Notes: generated from the sequence alone by a model not told the origin. A DNA stretch of 64,000 nucleotides from an uncultured Armatimonadetes bacterium (GCA_963717145.1 OY970325.1:4160001-4224000); one strand, 5' to 3'. Positions 1 to 9,534 are shown, counted from the first letter of the stretch. Numbers and translations are program-made.

Positions 1-1091
1 GCGATCCGCGGCCCGAGCCATATGGCCAGAACCGTCCCGAGCACATAGCCGATCAGCCCGCCTGCCCCGCCCAGGATGAGCGCCTTGCTGTAGAATATCG
101 AGAGCACCTGCCGCGGGCTCATGCCGATGGCGATCAGCGTGCCGATCTCCTTGCGCCGTTCCTGGACATTGGCGAACATGTAGTTGGCGATGCTCACTCC
201 GCCGACCAGCACGATGATCACCAGGAACACGAGCGAGAACTGCGCCATCATGTTGTTGGTCTTGAGCTGCGTGCTGGCGATCTGCGTGACCGTCACCACT
301 CTGGCGTCCGGCAGGAGCTTGTTGAGCCCCTCGATGAGGCCCTTCGATATCTCCTTGCAGCAGCCGACGACCTCGATCGCGCTGAGCACCCTGCCCTTGC
401 CGAACATGGTCTGCACGGTGTGAAGGTGGGCGAAGATGCGCGAGTCGTCAACCGTCCCGGTCTGCGGCAGCACCTTCCGCACGGTGAAGCTGTTCCCCTT
501 CACGGAGAGCTTGCTTCCCTTTGCCAGGGAGAGAATCCGGGCGGCATCGAAGCCGATGATCGCCTGGTCCTGCCCCAGGTCCTGGATGACCTCTTTGCGG
601 ACGGCTGCCTTGTCGAGCCCGGCATCATCCTGCGTCTTCGCGCCGGGGACTTCGACCGCGCCGCATCCTTGTGGCCTGCTGAAGATGTCCGCCGACATCT
701 GCCATGCGGGCTTGCTCTGGAACTCGTTCTTCGGCAGGATGCCGGTCAGGATGAACTTCCGGCCATTGAGCGTCACCGGCACGCTCAGCTTGGGCGAGAG
801 GTTGTCCACGCCCTGCAGGTCGGAGGCCGTGATCTGATCGACGTATGACTCCGGAAGCTCCTCGCTCGCGAAGTCGGCGCTGTAGTAGTCGCTCACGGTC
901 GCCGACTTGGGCAGGATCAGCACGTTCGCGCCCAGGTTGTCCAGTTCACGTGCGACCGCCTTCTCTGAGAAGTAGGTCACCGTGCGGATCCCCACGATGA
1001 CCGTGATCCCGAGTGTGATCGCGATGAAGCTGGTCACGAGCTGGCTCTTCCGCTCGAGCAGCTCCTTGAAAACGATATCGAGCTTTCTCAT
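1..1091 (-). CDS. ABC transporter permease, MacB/FtsX family (3' end runs off window)
   Basis: Manual translation from ATG 1091: MRKLDIVFKELLERKSQLVTSFIAITLGITVIVG...LGANVLILPK...; FtsX-like C-terminal motif NVQERRKEIGTLIAIGMS; contains EVVGCCKE. Absent from ORF track because its stop lies outside the window. Confidence 0.85.
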   Translation of the reverse strand, partial: MRKLDIVFKELLERKSQLVTSFIAITLGITVIVGIRTVTYFSEKAVARELDNLGANVLILPKSATVSDYYSADFASEELPESYVDQITASDLQGVDNLSPKLSVPVTLNGRKFILTGILPKNEFQSKPAWQMSADIFSRPQGCGAVEVPGAKTQDDAGLDKAAVRKEVIQDLGQDQAIIGFDAARILSLAKGSKLSVKGNSFTVRKVLPQTGTVDDSRIFAHLHTVQTMFGKGRVLSAIEVVGCCKEISKGLIEGLNKLLPDARVVTVTQIASTQLKTNNMMAQFSLVFLVIIVLVGGVSIANYMFANVQERRKEIGTLIAIGMSPRQVLSIFYSKALILGGAGGLIGYVLGTVLAIWLGPRI

Positions 1092-1121
1092 CTTTGAACT
1101 AGGCCCTCCACGTGCATTCAG

Positions 1122-1985
1122 CTACTTTGCCGGGCCGCATCCGCTCGGGCCGCAACCGCTTCCGCAAGAGGCCATGGCGCTCTGCAGGCTTGCCATCAGC
1201 TTGGCCTTGGTCGTGTTGCCGTCGAATGTGCCGAGGACCCTGCCCGGAGGGATGATCATCAGCACCTGTGAGTTCGCTGAGGCGGTGTTGACCTTGCACA
1301 TCTTGAGGAAACTGGACTCCGCCTTGTCAGAAGGGTCGATCTTGACTAGTTGGACCACGCCGGTCAAAGCCTTGTCCGCTTTCATGCCCTCGGCGGCAGC
1401 CACGCTCTCTTTGTTGTACTTGGTCCTGCCATTCTCGAGGCACACCAGCGCGAGCTTGCCGCTTTGGACAGCCTTCAGCACGGCGGCCTGGCCGTCAGAT
1501 ACGAAGGCTTCGGCGACAGCGGTGGAGGTGATCTCTTTCGGATTCTGGTAAGCGCCTGTTGTGGCTCCGTTGGGAGCGACCACGAGCGCCACCGGGATCG
1601 GCGCTCGGTCTACGGCCAGGCGTTTGACCAACGGCTGATTGGCGGTATCGCCGACAGCGACAGTCACGAAGTCCGCGCGACTCGCCAGCTTGCCTTGAAT
1701 GGCTTTTACGGTTGCCAGCATCTTGTTGCTGGCGGCATCGCCTTTCTTGTAGAAAGTGACGAACGCATAGCGATTCTTGCCCGCGGCGGCCCGGACTGCC
1801 TTCTCTGCGGGCGTCTCACTGGGCGCGGCCGGCTTTGCCTGGGCGGCCGGCTTTGCAGATGCCGCCATCGCCTGTTGCTCCAGGCCGCCCATTCCAGGCC
1901 TAGTGTGATGATACGTCGCGACGCTGACCACGACTGCGACGACGATCAGCAGACTTACTGCGTAGAATACCTTACTTCTTAGCAT
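1122..1985 (-). CDS. Exported/membrane-anchored protein with probable tandem thioredoxin-like folds and Cys-rich C-terminal tail
   Basis: N-terminal hydrophobic anchor, Ala/Pro linker, two similar alpha/beta halves (LVVAPNG / LMIIPPG), tail SCGSGCGPSGCGPAK. Confidence 0.6.
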   Translation of the reverse strand: MLRSKVFYAVSLLIVVAVVVSVATYHHTRPGMGGLEQQAMAASAKPAAQAKPAAPSETPAEKAVRAAAGKNRYAFVTFYKKGDAASNKMLATVKAIQGKLASRADFVTVAVGDTANQPLVKRLAVDRAPIPVALVVAPNGATTGAYQNPKEITSTAVAEAFVSDGQAAVLKAVQSGKLALVCLENGRTKYNKESVAAAEGMKADKALTGVVQLVKIDPSDKAESSFLKMCKVNTASANSQVLMIIPPGRVLGTFDGNTTKAKLMASLQSAMASCGSGCGPSGCGPAK

Positions 1986-2046
1986 TTTCTTCCCCTTTCA
2001 GCATCATCCACATGGGGAGATGCAACCACAACTTGCCCTATCATGC

Positions 2047-2412
2047 TCACTCGAACTCTGTCTGCACTCCCGCGATGGAGACCGGCATGCGGTCAAGCTT
2101 GTCCTTCGGCGGGCAGACACTCGCCTCGGTCGGCGCCGCATCGAGTGCCACAATCACATCATCCAGGAAGTCCTTGACGACTCCGGACACAGTCTTCCGG
2201 TTGAGTGAGTAATGCGACCACTGACCCACTCGCTTGACATGCACCAGGCCGGCATGTCTAAGCGTGGCCAGGTGATGGGATGCCGAGGATTGGCTTATCT
2301 CGAGTTCCTCAGTGATCTTGCAGACGCACATCTCGCCGTTAAGGGCAAGCATCTCGACGATCCGCAGCCGTGTGGGATCACCGAGAGCTCTGAAGACGCC
2401 GGCTATCAGCAT
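2047..2412 (-). CDS. arsR: ArsR/SmtB family metalloregulatory repressor
   Basis: FRALGDPTRLRI, EMCVCKI (ArsR-type CVC), SQSSASHHLATLRHAGLV; ATG 2412 has a GGAGG RBS (alternative start 2427). Confidence 0.85.
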   Translation of the reverse strand: MLIAGVFRALGDPTRLRIVEMLALNGEMCVCKITEELEISQSSASHHLATLRHAGLVHVKRVGQWSHYSLNRKTVSGVVKDFLDDVIVALDAAPTEASVCPPKDKLDRMPVSIAGVQTEFE

Positions 2413-2432
2413 GATTCTCGCCTCCATGCGCG

Positions 2433-2484
2433 TATTGACATATGTTCATATACCCATGATACCGCCAAGTCGAAACCTTGTCAA
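2433..2484 (-). promoter_or_regulatory. Sigma70 promoter of the arsR operon with palindromic operator
   Basis: Minus strand TTGACA (2484-2479)-17 bp-TATCAT (2461-2456); imperfect palindrome TATTGACATATGTTCATA 2433-2450 over the predicted +1. Confidence 0.75.
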
Positions 2485-2501
2485 GCCCAATATACCTCGG
2501 A

Positions 2502-2630
2502 AAGAGTTCACGATCAAGGTAGCAGACGTCATTCTGAACGCAGTGAAGAATCTGGCCGTGCGCAAACAGATTCTTCACTGCGTTCAGAATGACATCCGCG
2601 CAGCGCAACTATCAACAATCGTGAACTCTT
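2502..2630. repeat. REP/MITE-like palindrome, family A (GTCATTCTGA...TCAGAATGAC core with AAGAGTTCACGAT outer arms)
   Basis: Core hairpin 2528-2593; outer inverted repeats 2502-2514 and 2618-2630; related cores at 26368 and 29159. Confidence 0.85.
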
Positions 2631-2677
2631 ACATACCTGGGGGGACGATTCTGCTCAGAGATGTGGAGTGCTGCCCG

Positions 2678-3595
2678 TCATGGGGGGAAGGTCCGCACGA
2701 AGTAGTCGTAGGCCGCGAGCAGCGACTTGGCGCCGTCACCCGCGGCGATCACGATCTGCTTACCGGGCACGCTCGTCACGTCTCCAGCCGCGAAGATTCC
2801 GGGGACGCTTGTGCGACATCCGCAGTCCACCTCGATCTCCTTCCAGCGGTTCAGCTTCACCTCGGCAGGCAGGTAATCAACGTTCGGGACCGCCCCGATC
2901 TCGACGAACACGCCTGCTAGTGGGATCTCCGTCTCTGCCCCGGTGTCGAGATTCTTCACTCTGATCCCCTTCACGAACTGATCGCCATAGATCTCGATTA
3001 TCTGTGTGCGCAGCATGATCGTCTTCTTGCCGCCGGCACGCACGCGGTCCTGCAGTTCCACGTCGCCGGTGAGGTGGTCTTGAGTATCGAGGATGTAGAC
3101 GTGACTCGCGAACTCGAGGAGTTGCATGGCGGCATCGAGCCCGGCGTTTCCCGTTCCGACGACGGCGACATCCATATCGCCGTACAGAGGAGCATCGCAC
3201 GTGGCGCAATAGGTCACCCCACGCGCCTTGAACTCATCTTCGCCCACCACGCCAAGTCTTCTGGCTGATCTGCCGGATGCCACTATCACCGACCGACCTT
3301 CGTAGGTGTTGCTGGCTCCCGTCTCGACGGTGAATGCCATCCCGTCGATCCTGAGACTCGTGACCGCTTCCTGGACCACCTCGACGCCGAAGTCCCGAAC
3401 ATGCGATTCGAACTTCTGGACGAGGTCGTAACCCGAAATGTACCGGTAGCCGAGGTAGTTCTCGATCTCGGCCGCCCACATGGCCTGGCCGCCGATCTGC
3501 GGCGCGATAACGACCTGGTCCACCTTCTTGCGCGCCCCATAGACCGCGGCCGTCATCCCCGCCGGGCCCCCACCGATGATGATCACGTCGTGCAT
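2678..3595 (-). CDS. trxB: Thioredoxin-disulfide reductase (TrxB/AhpF-like)
   Basis: GGGPAG FAD motif, YCATCD active site, GTGNAG NADPH motif, TSVPGIFAAGD. Confidence 0.85.
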   Translation of the reverse strand: MHDVIIIGGGPAGMTAAVYGARKKVDQVVIAPQIGGQAMWAAEIENYLGYRYISGYDLVQKFESHVRDFGVEVVQEAVTSLRIDGMAFTVETGASNTYEGRSVIVASGRSARRLGVVGEDEFKARGVTYCATCDAPLYGDMDVAVVGTGNAGLDAAMQLLEFASHVYILDTQDHLTGDVELQDRVRAGGKKTIMLRTQIIEIYGDQFVKGIRVKNLDTGAETEIPLAGVFVEIGAVPNVDYLPAEVKLNRWKEIEVDCGCRTSVPGIFAAGDVTSVPGKQIVIAAGDGAKSLLAAYDYFVRTFPP

Positions 3596-3705
3596 CCCGC
3601 ACCCCTATCCGGACGGTCGTACCGACTGACTTCCAGCCGCCCATACTCTGCTTTTACCCAGAGCCTAACATTCTCAGGGTCGCCGCGGACGCCCGAACTC
3701 CGTCG

Positions 3706-4530
3706 CTACTGAGATGTGGACGTTCGGCGGAAGGAGAAACTGAGACGCAGAACAGAATCCCACTCCCGGAGGCTGATTGCCGATCGAATCAGATTCGTCG
3801 CCTGCCAGTCGAGCCTGAGGAAAAAGCCCGGTGCAAGCTCATAGGCCAGGCCCAGGTCGGAGTCTGTTTTGGTGGAACGCAGGGTACTCATCGGCTGGAT
3901 GACGAGAATGTCCATGGTGAGCGCCAACTTGCTGCTGAGAGGCCTCCTGCCGCGTATCGCCGCGACCAGAGATGGTTGCAGGCCCGTATCTTCGTCGCGC
4001 ACGTTGAGGAGACCGATGCCGATATCGCCTTTGGTCTTGGTGTCGAATTGCTTGCCGATCCCATAGGAGAGAAACTCATAGCCCGATTTCCGGATCTTGC
4101 CCGTCGATGATCCCCTGTCCCGAGCGCTCGTCACGGCGGTCAGAACAGTGTAGTCGCTCTTGTTGCGCATCTGCTCCAACCGGGAATCGAGCCGATAGGT
4201 CAGGACATGCGTCGGACGCTTCACGTTGGTCGCGGTGGTATTGACCGAACCCCGGACGTACCAGGTGCGATCGTTCTTTTTCTCGTCCATCGCGAGTCTG
4301 GCGTACAACGAATCGGCGTCCTGCGAAGTAAATCCGCTCAACTGCGCGTCGATCGTGCGTGTGATAGCGGGCTTCTTCGCTGCCGGCTTGGGCGCCGGTT
4401 TGGCGGGTGCGGTCGTCGGCTTGGCCGGCTGCTCGGCCTGAGGCGGAGCGGTCTCAGCGGCAAACGCGGGTGAGACGGCGGCAAGTAATATGAAGATCAT
4501 GCCTGTGATTGCTGGAAATCTGCGGAACAA
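3706..4530 (-). CDS. Secreted protein, probable outer-membrane beta-barrel (DUF481-like)
   Basis: Signal peptide (PAFA/AE), Pro/Ala/Lys linker, alternating amphipathic strands ending VLRLSFSF. Confidence 0.5.
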   Translation of the reverse strand: MFRRFPAITGMIFILLAAVSPAFAAETAPPQAEQPAKPTTAPAKPAPKPAAKKPAITRTIDAQLSGFTSQDADSLYARLAMDEKKNDRTWYVRGSVNTTATNVKRPTHVLTYRLDSRLEQMRNKSDYTVLTAVTSARDRGSSTGKIRKSGYEFLSYGIGKQFDTKTKGDIGIGLLNVRDEDTGLQPSLVAAIRGRRPLSSKLALTMDILVIQPMSTLRSTKTDSDLGLAYELAPGFFLRLDWQATNLIRSAISLREWDSVLRLSFSFRRTSTSQ

Positions 4531-4585
4531 GAACTACCTCCCAGTGGAACTCGGACGGCGGACGCATGGGCTAGTCCGCCTCTGC

Positions 4586-5848
4586 TTATGACGGTTTCCT
4601 CACCCAATTGTTCATCAGAGACAGCCTGATAACCTGCTCTACCGTCTTGGTCAGCAGTTCCCGCGCCCTCGATTGCGCCTCATCGAGCGGCATCGGGTGG
4701 TTCACGATCGACAGAACTGCGACCGCACCTCGGTCGAGCAACGCGTACCCCTCCGGCTCGATGCCGCCCGCGAGCGCGACCACCGGCACGCCCTCCGACT
4801 CAGCCGCGCGGAGCACCCCGTTGATCGTCTTGCCACCGAGTGTCTGAGCGTCGATCCGGCCCTCGCCGGTGATGATGAGCGATGCCCCACGGATCCGCTC
4901 AGTGAAGTGCGTCGCCTCGAGCACGATCGTAATCCCCGACTGCAGTAGCGCCCCCAGGAATGCCACCGAGGCCGCTCCGAGACCGCCCGCCGCGCCTGCA
5001 CCCGGCATGCTCTCGACGTCGATACCGAGGTCCCGGCGGATGACCTCGGCCAGATTGTGGAGGCCGTCATCGAGCGCCAACACCATCTGCGGAGTCGCGC
5101 CCTTCTGCGGCCCGAACACGGCCGATGCGCCCCGTTCGCCGGTGAGCGGATTGTCAACGTCGCTGGCGACGACGAACTCAGTCTCGGCGATCCGAGGATC
5201 GAGGCCGGACAGGTCGATCGTCCGAATGCGGGCAAGCTCTCCGCCGCCGAAACCAACCTCATTCCCGTCGGCGTCCCTGAAGCGTCCGCCGAGCGCCTGG
5301 ATCGCCCCGACGCCGCCGTCATTCGTGGCGCTTCCGCCGATCCCGAGGATCACGCGTCTGCACCCGGCGTCGAGCGCCGCCCGGATCAGCTCCCCCGTGC
5401 CATAAGTGGTAGTGAGCATCGGATTGCGGCGGTCGGGCGGAACGAGCGGGAGTCCGGAAGCGGCGGCCATCTCGACGACCGCCGTGTCACCGTCGCCGAG
5501 GATTCCGAAGAACGAGTCGATCCGGCCACCGAGAGGATCCGTGGCCGGTGCGCGGACGATCCGCCCATCGGTGGCGGTCACGAGCGCCTCGACGGTTCCC
5601 TCGCCGCCGTCCGCGAGAGGGATCAGGATGGTCTCGGCGTCGGGCATCGCACGGAGGACGCCCTCACGAATGGCTTCGGAGGCTTCCCTCGCGCTCAGAC
5701 TGCCCTTGAACGAATCTGGTGAGATGATGATCTTGATGGGACCTGTGGGGGCGAAGCATTGGCTTCCGGTATCCGACGAGTTTTGAGGTTCCGTAGGGGC
5801 GAAGCATTGGCTTCCGGTATCCGACGAGTTTTCATGTTCGGTGGCCAA
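4586..5848 (-). CDS. glxK: Glycerate kinase (start uncertain; REP-derived N-terminal extension)
   Basis: KIIISPDSFKGSLSA, PLADGGEGT, EMAAASGL, GIGGSATNDGG, GAGAAGG, ITGEGRID. No ATG at the usual start position; nearest in-frame start is TTG 5848. Confidence 0.9.
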   Translation of the reverse strand: MATEHENSSDTGSQCFAPTEPQNSSDTGSQCFAPTGPIKIIISPDSFKGSLSAREASEAIREGVLRAMPDAETILIPLADGGEGTVEALVTATDGRIVRAPATDPLGGRIDSFFGILGDGDTAVVEMAAASGLPLVPPDRRNPMLTTTYGTGELIRAALDAGCRRVILGIGGSATNDGGVGAIQALGGRFRDADGNEVGFGGGELARIRTIDLSGLDPRIAETEFVVASDVDNPLTGERGASAVFGPQKGATPQMVLALDDGLHNLAEVIRRDLGIDVESMPGAGAAGGLGAASVAFLGALLQSGITIVLEATHFTERIRGASLIITGEGRIDAQTLGGKTINGVLRAAESEGVPVVALAGGIEPEGYALLDRGAVAVLSIVNHPMPLDEAQSRARELLTKTVEQVIRLSLMNNWVRKPS

Positions 5849-5862
5849 TGCTTCGCCCCTAC
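5745..5862. repeat. GTAG-type REP cluster, family B (cognate to the RAYT at 45042)
   Basis: GT(A/G)GGGGCGAAGCATTGG twice with 48-bp period plus inverted CCAATGCTTCGCCCCTAC. Confidence 0.85.
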
Positions 5863-5865
5863 GCC

Positions 5866-6669
5866 CTACGTGATGATCGTGTGCAGACGTGTATCGCCCG
5901 CGAGGACAGATGTCGCGTGCATCGAGCATCCCGGCGCCGTGCCTGTGATGTGATAGCCCCTCGGGATCACAACCGTGTCGCCGTCCTCGATCACGTAGAC
6001 CTCGTCCATCGGTCCGGGATCGTTCGGCCCGGTGTAGATGCGGATGAGGCCGAATCCGTGCTGCGGATCCACGCGGAAGTAGCAGACCTCCTCCATCGGC
6101 ACTTCACTCGGCGGGTTGAACGAGTCGTGCTTGTGGGGAACCGCGCTCGACCAGTTGCCTGAGGGAGTCACCCTCTCGGCCACAATCAGCTTGGCGGCCT
6201 TGACGTTCGCCCCGATGGCCTGGTAGACATCCCTTCGCCAGTGGTCCCTGCCGACGGACTCCCTGGCGATGTCGTCGGGCTGGATGACAACCGGCTCAGT
6301 CGTGTGGCCGGTCGCGAGGGCCGAGCATACGGCGATCTCGACCGGCCCTTCCACGACTTTGACGTTATACGATATGCCTGGTGGAAGATATACCGCGCCC
6401 GGCGGTCCGTCGAACACCGATTCCCGCCCGCCGAGTCGCGCACATTTCATCGCGCCCGCTTCAATGGAAACAACGCCCCGGTGGATGTCGAGCGCCTGCT
6501 CGCAATCGCCGGTATCGCCCGACCACTCGCCGGACGTGAGGTAGAGCACCCCGAACTCGAGGTGCTTCAGGCCCTTGTCCCCGCGAGACACGATGCGGTT
6601 GTAGCCCTCATCGAACGGCTTGGCCTTGAACAGGAGATTATCGCTGAAGTCTTCCGCCCGACTCATCAT
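5866..6669 (-). CDS. iolB: 5-deoxy-glucuronate isomerase (IolB/KduI family)
   Basis: GNWSSAVPHKHD, EEVCYFR, GDTVVIPRGYH motifs. Confidence 0.8.
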   Translation of the reverse strand: MMSRAEDFSDNLLFKAKPFDEGYNRIVSRGDKGLKHLEFGVLYLTSGEWSGDTGDCEQALDIHRGVVSIEAGAMKCARLGGRESVFDGPPGAVYLPPGISYNVKVVEGPVEIAVCSALATGHTTEPVVIQPDDIARESVGRDHWRRDVYQAIGANVKAAKLIVAERVTPSGNWSSAVPHKHDSFNPPSEVPMEEVCYFRVDPQHGFGLIRIYTGPNDPGPMDEVYVIEDGDTVVIPRGYHITGTAPGCSMHATSVLAGDTRLHTIIT

Positions 6670-6679
6670 TCCCTCACGG

Positions 6680-6790
6680 GAATGGTCAATGGTTGATGGC
6701 CGATGGTTAATGGGAGTCATTCCCCATCAACCATCAACCATCCGCCATTCCCTTCCCCCATCAACCATCAACCATCGCCCATCAACCATT
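6680..6790. repeat. Short tandem heptamer repeats (CCATCAA) in inverted arrangement
   Basis: ATGGTTGATGG... followed by CCATCAACCATCAACC; same unit near 25155 and 39857. Confidence 0.8.
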
Positions 6791-6792
6791 CT

Positions 6793-7716
6793 CTACAGCT
6801 TTGCCCACGCCTCGTTAAGCACCCTCTTCGCGCCGGCGATGACTATGTCCGAGTCCTCGCCGGAGAGCGGCTTGACCTCGAAGCTGACGACGGGCATCAT
6901 CGTCGGGAGGTCCTTCTTGAAGAAGCCGGTGTCCATCAGCACGCGCAGGAACTCGATCACCTCGTCCACGTCGTTCTCACCGCAGGCGCATCCGAAAGCA
7001 GGGTGCTGGTCGCCGTATGCCGGACTGGACGTGTCGCTCACAACCGCGTTTCCGATGTGCGTATGAACGAGATACGGCGCGGCGGTCGAGACCATCTGCC
7101 CGATCGACTCGTTCAGCAGCGGCTGGTGGCTCAAGTCGACGGTAAGCCCGAAGTTCGGGGACTCCGATCTGACCCTCTTCGCCAGCTCGACCGCCTCGAC
7201 CGTCGGGCCGACCAGGCACTTCTTGTCGATGTCGTAGTCGAACGTCTCGAGGGAGACCATGAGGTCGCCCTTCGACTTTGCGTACTTGCAGATTCGGATC
7301 AGCGAATCGGTCAGCCGGTCGTACGCGGCCTTCTTGTCACCGTCGGCGGGGACCGGGCCGCTCAACAGGGCCAGGACGCTCGCCCCGAGTTCGTACGCCT
7401 GATCGACCGAGTTCTTGCACTGATCGACCGCCCGGGTGCGCTCGGACTCGTCCGCGGCATTGATGTCGAGCTTCTGGGTCAGCAGCGGTGGCTGGCCCGC
7501 GAATACGACGTCCATGTGCGCGCACTTGAGCATCCGGGCGGCCTCAGCGCGGACGGCGTCGTCCTTCATCCAGGTGACTTCGATCGCGCCGAAGTACTCG
7601 TCGTTCAGAATCTTCGACAGCGTTTCGAGGATCGGCCCCTCGCCCTTAATCACCTGCGGGTACGCCATCGGATGGATGACACCCACGTGGAAATACTTCG
7701 AGATCGGCTCTTGCAC
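6793..7716 (-). CDS. Sugar phosphate isomerase/epimerase (xylose isomerase-like TIM barrel)
   Basis: SLETFD, TVDLSH, VHTHIGN, SFEVKP metal-binding pattern. Confidence 0.75.
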   Translation of the reverse strand: MQEPISKYFHVGVIHPMAYPQVIKGEGPILETLSKILNDEYFGAIEVTWMKDDAVRAEAARMLKCAHMDVVFAGQPPLLTQKLDINAADESERTRAVDQCKNSVDQAYELGASVLALLSGPVPADGDKKAAYDRLTDSLIRICKYAKSKGDLMVSLETFDYDIDKKCLVGPTVEAVELAKRVRSESPNFGLTVDLSHQPLLNESIGQMVSTAAPYLVHTHIGNAVVSDTSSPAYGDQHPAFGCACGENDVDEVIEFLRVLMDTGFFKKDLPTMMPVVSFEVKPLSGEDSDIVIAGAKRVLNEAWAKL

Positions 7717-7750
7717 AGGTCTTACCTCCTGATTGTTGTGCAGCGGTCGT

Positions 7751-7815
7751 GTAGTGGCCGTGCCTCTGTGCCGGCCAGCACCGTGTCATGGCCGGCACAG
7801 AGGCACGGCCACTAC
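7751..7815. repeat. GTAG-type REP doublet, family C
   Basis: GTAGTGGCCGTGCCTCTGTGCCGGCC ... GGCCGGCACAGAGGCACGGCCACTAC; second copy at 38312. Confidence 0.85.
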
Positions 7816-7992
7816 GATTGTGCGGTCGGCAGCTTCGGTCGATTATACCCCCATCACTCAGACGTTTCAAGCGCCCGCCGCCCGTTTCGGCTCTCAGGGC
7901 TGGCGGGTAGGCTGTAGTACAGCTTGATCCACTGCCTGCATGGGCATAGAGAACCAGTCAGCGGCAGTGGATCGGCAGGAAGGAAACCGCAC

Positions 7993-9516
7993 ATGCGCAG
8001 ACTCAGCAGAGCGCCGCTCCTCCTTATTGTGGCCCTTGTTCTTTCCGCGGCGATCACTCCGGCCGCGCTCGCCCAGGCCGCCGACAAGCCGTCGCCGGTC
8101 AAGACCCTGGTCGTCATATCCACGAAGGCCGACGATGTCGACGACAGCAAGATCGACGACAATATCTTCAAGTTCCTGGCGGATCGCTTCAAGGCGGCTG
8201 AAGGAGTCCAGGTGCTCGACCTCAAGTCCGCGCTTGGCCCGTCGTCACGGCTCAAGGACGATCAGATCAAGCAGATGCTCTGGTTCCCGGAATTGATCGG
8301 CCAGACCGACCACGTCCGCCGAAACCTCCATGCGGACGGCCTGCTGATCTCGAATGTCATACTGTTCGGCAAGGCGGGCAAGAGCTGGTACATCAGCGCC
8401 GATCTCAGCTACTACGACTTGCGGGCCACCTCGACTGAGAGCGTTCCGGTCGGTTCGATCGACTTCAGGGCGGAGATCGACAAGGACAAGTTCTACCCGG
8501 TCGCCGCCGATGAGATCATCAACCAACTCAAACAGGACGTTCCGGGCTTTCTGTCCGCTAAGCCGGCGCCGGTAGCGGAACCCAGAGTGCTCTGCAATAA
8601 GAACAGCAAGCTCTTCCATCTGCTCCAGTCGCATCACACGCCCGCGCCATCCGTACCCGTGGAGGAGATGACCCGATCGGCGGCGATTACGGCCGGATAC
8701 AACCCGTGCCTGGTCTGCTTCCCGGAGGCTCAGAAGCATCTGGACCCGAATAGCCTCGAGGCGATGATCGAAGCCGAAACCGCCGGCTTCATCGAGTACT
8801 ACTACCGCGTCTCGTACGATCAGGCGCGTCATGCCCGCCTGGAGAAGATCGGCAACCGGATCATCGCCGACAACGGTTTCACGAAGCGCAGATACCTGTT
8901 CACCGCGCTGAACTCCGACGAGATCAATGCCATCGCCGCGCCGGCGGGTTATGTCTACGTAACCACCGGCATGATGGACATTGTGGAATCAGACGATGAG
9001 CTGGCTGCGGTGATGGCGCATGAAATGGCGCACGTCGAACGGCAGCATGGGGTGCAGCAATACCGACGCGCACAGCAGTCGGCGACCCTCGGCCTGCTGG
9101 TGAGCATTCTTTCCGGGGTTAACCTCAGCATCCTGTCGGATTTCGTCCAGGAGCTGGTCCTTCGCGGATACGATCGCCGCTACGAGTCTGAGGCCGACCG
9201 ATACGGCTACATGTATGCCAGGCGAACGAGCTATGACCCCGAGGCGATGTTCTCGGTCCTGGGGAAGCTCTACGATATGGAACTGGCTTCGAATGTGAAG
9301 GTGGTCAGTTGGTTCAGGACACACCCGAAGTCGGAGGACCGCATCAAGAGCGTGACGGCGTACAAGACCGGTTCGGTGGCGGCCTCGCAGTACCTGGCCG
9401 AGCTTGGGCCGGTGGACAGCGGTCTGGCGGCCGCCGTCCACTCGGATGAACTCCGGTATGTGGACCGGATCGATGATCTCAAGAAGTACGTCGAGACGGT
9501 CAAGACACTGCCGTAG
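7993..9516 (+). CDS. Secreted M48 family metalloprotease with Ada-like Zn-binding domain
   Basis: Signal peptide; INAIAAPAGYVYV, HEMAH, ESEAD, THP motifs; NKNSKLFH...AGYNPCLVCFP. Confidence 0.85.
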   Translation: MRRLSRAPLLLIVALVLSAAITPAALAQAADKPSPVKTLVVISTKADDVDDSKIDDNIFKFLADRFKAAEGVQVLDLKSALGPSSRLKDDQIKQMLWFPELIGQTDHVRRNLHADGLLISNVILFGKAGKSWYISADLSYYDLRATSTESVPVGSIDFRAEIDKDKFYPVAADEIINQLKQDVPGFLSAKPAPVAEPRVLCNKNSKLFHLLQSHHTPAPSVPVEEMTRSAAITAGYNPCLVCFPEAQKHLDPNSLEAMIEAETAGFIEYYYRVSYDQARHARLEKIGNRIIADNGFTKRRYLFTALNSDEINAIAAPAGYVYVTTGMMDIVESDDELAAVMAHEMAHVERQHGVQQYRRAQQSATLGLLVSILSGVNLSILSDFVQELVLRGYDRRYESEADRYGYMYARRTSYDPEAMFSVLGKLYDMELASNVKVVSWFRTHPKSEDRIKSVTAYKTGSVAASQYLAELGPVDSGLAAAVHSDELRYVDRIDDLKKYVETVKTLP

Positions 9517-9534
9517 GACGGGGTCTGGAGTGAT

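Noticed and set aside
5745-5862. 48-bp periodic repeat as a mini CRISPR array
   Set aside because: Only two units with near-identical 'spacers' plus an inverted arm; matches the RAYT-associated REP; no cas genes in the window.
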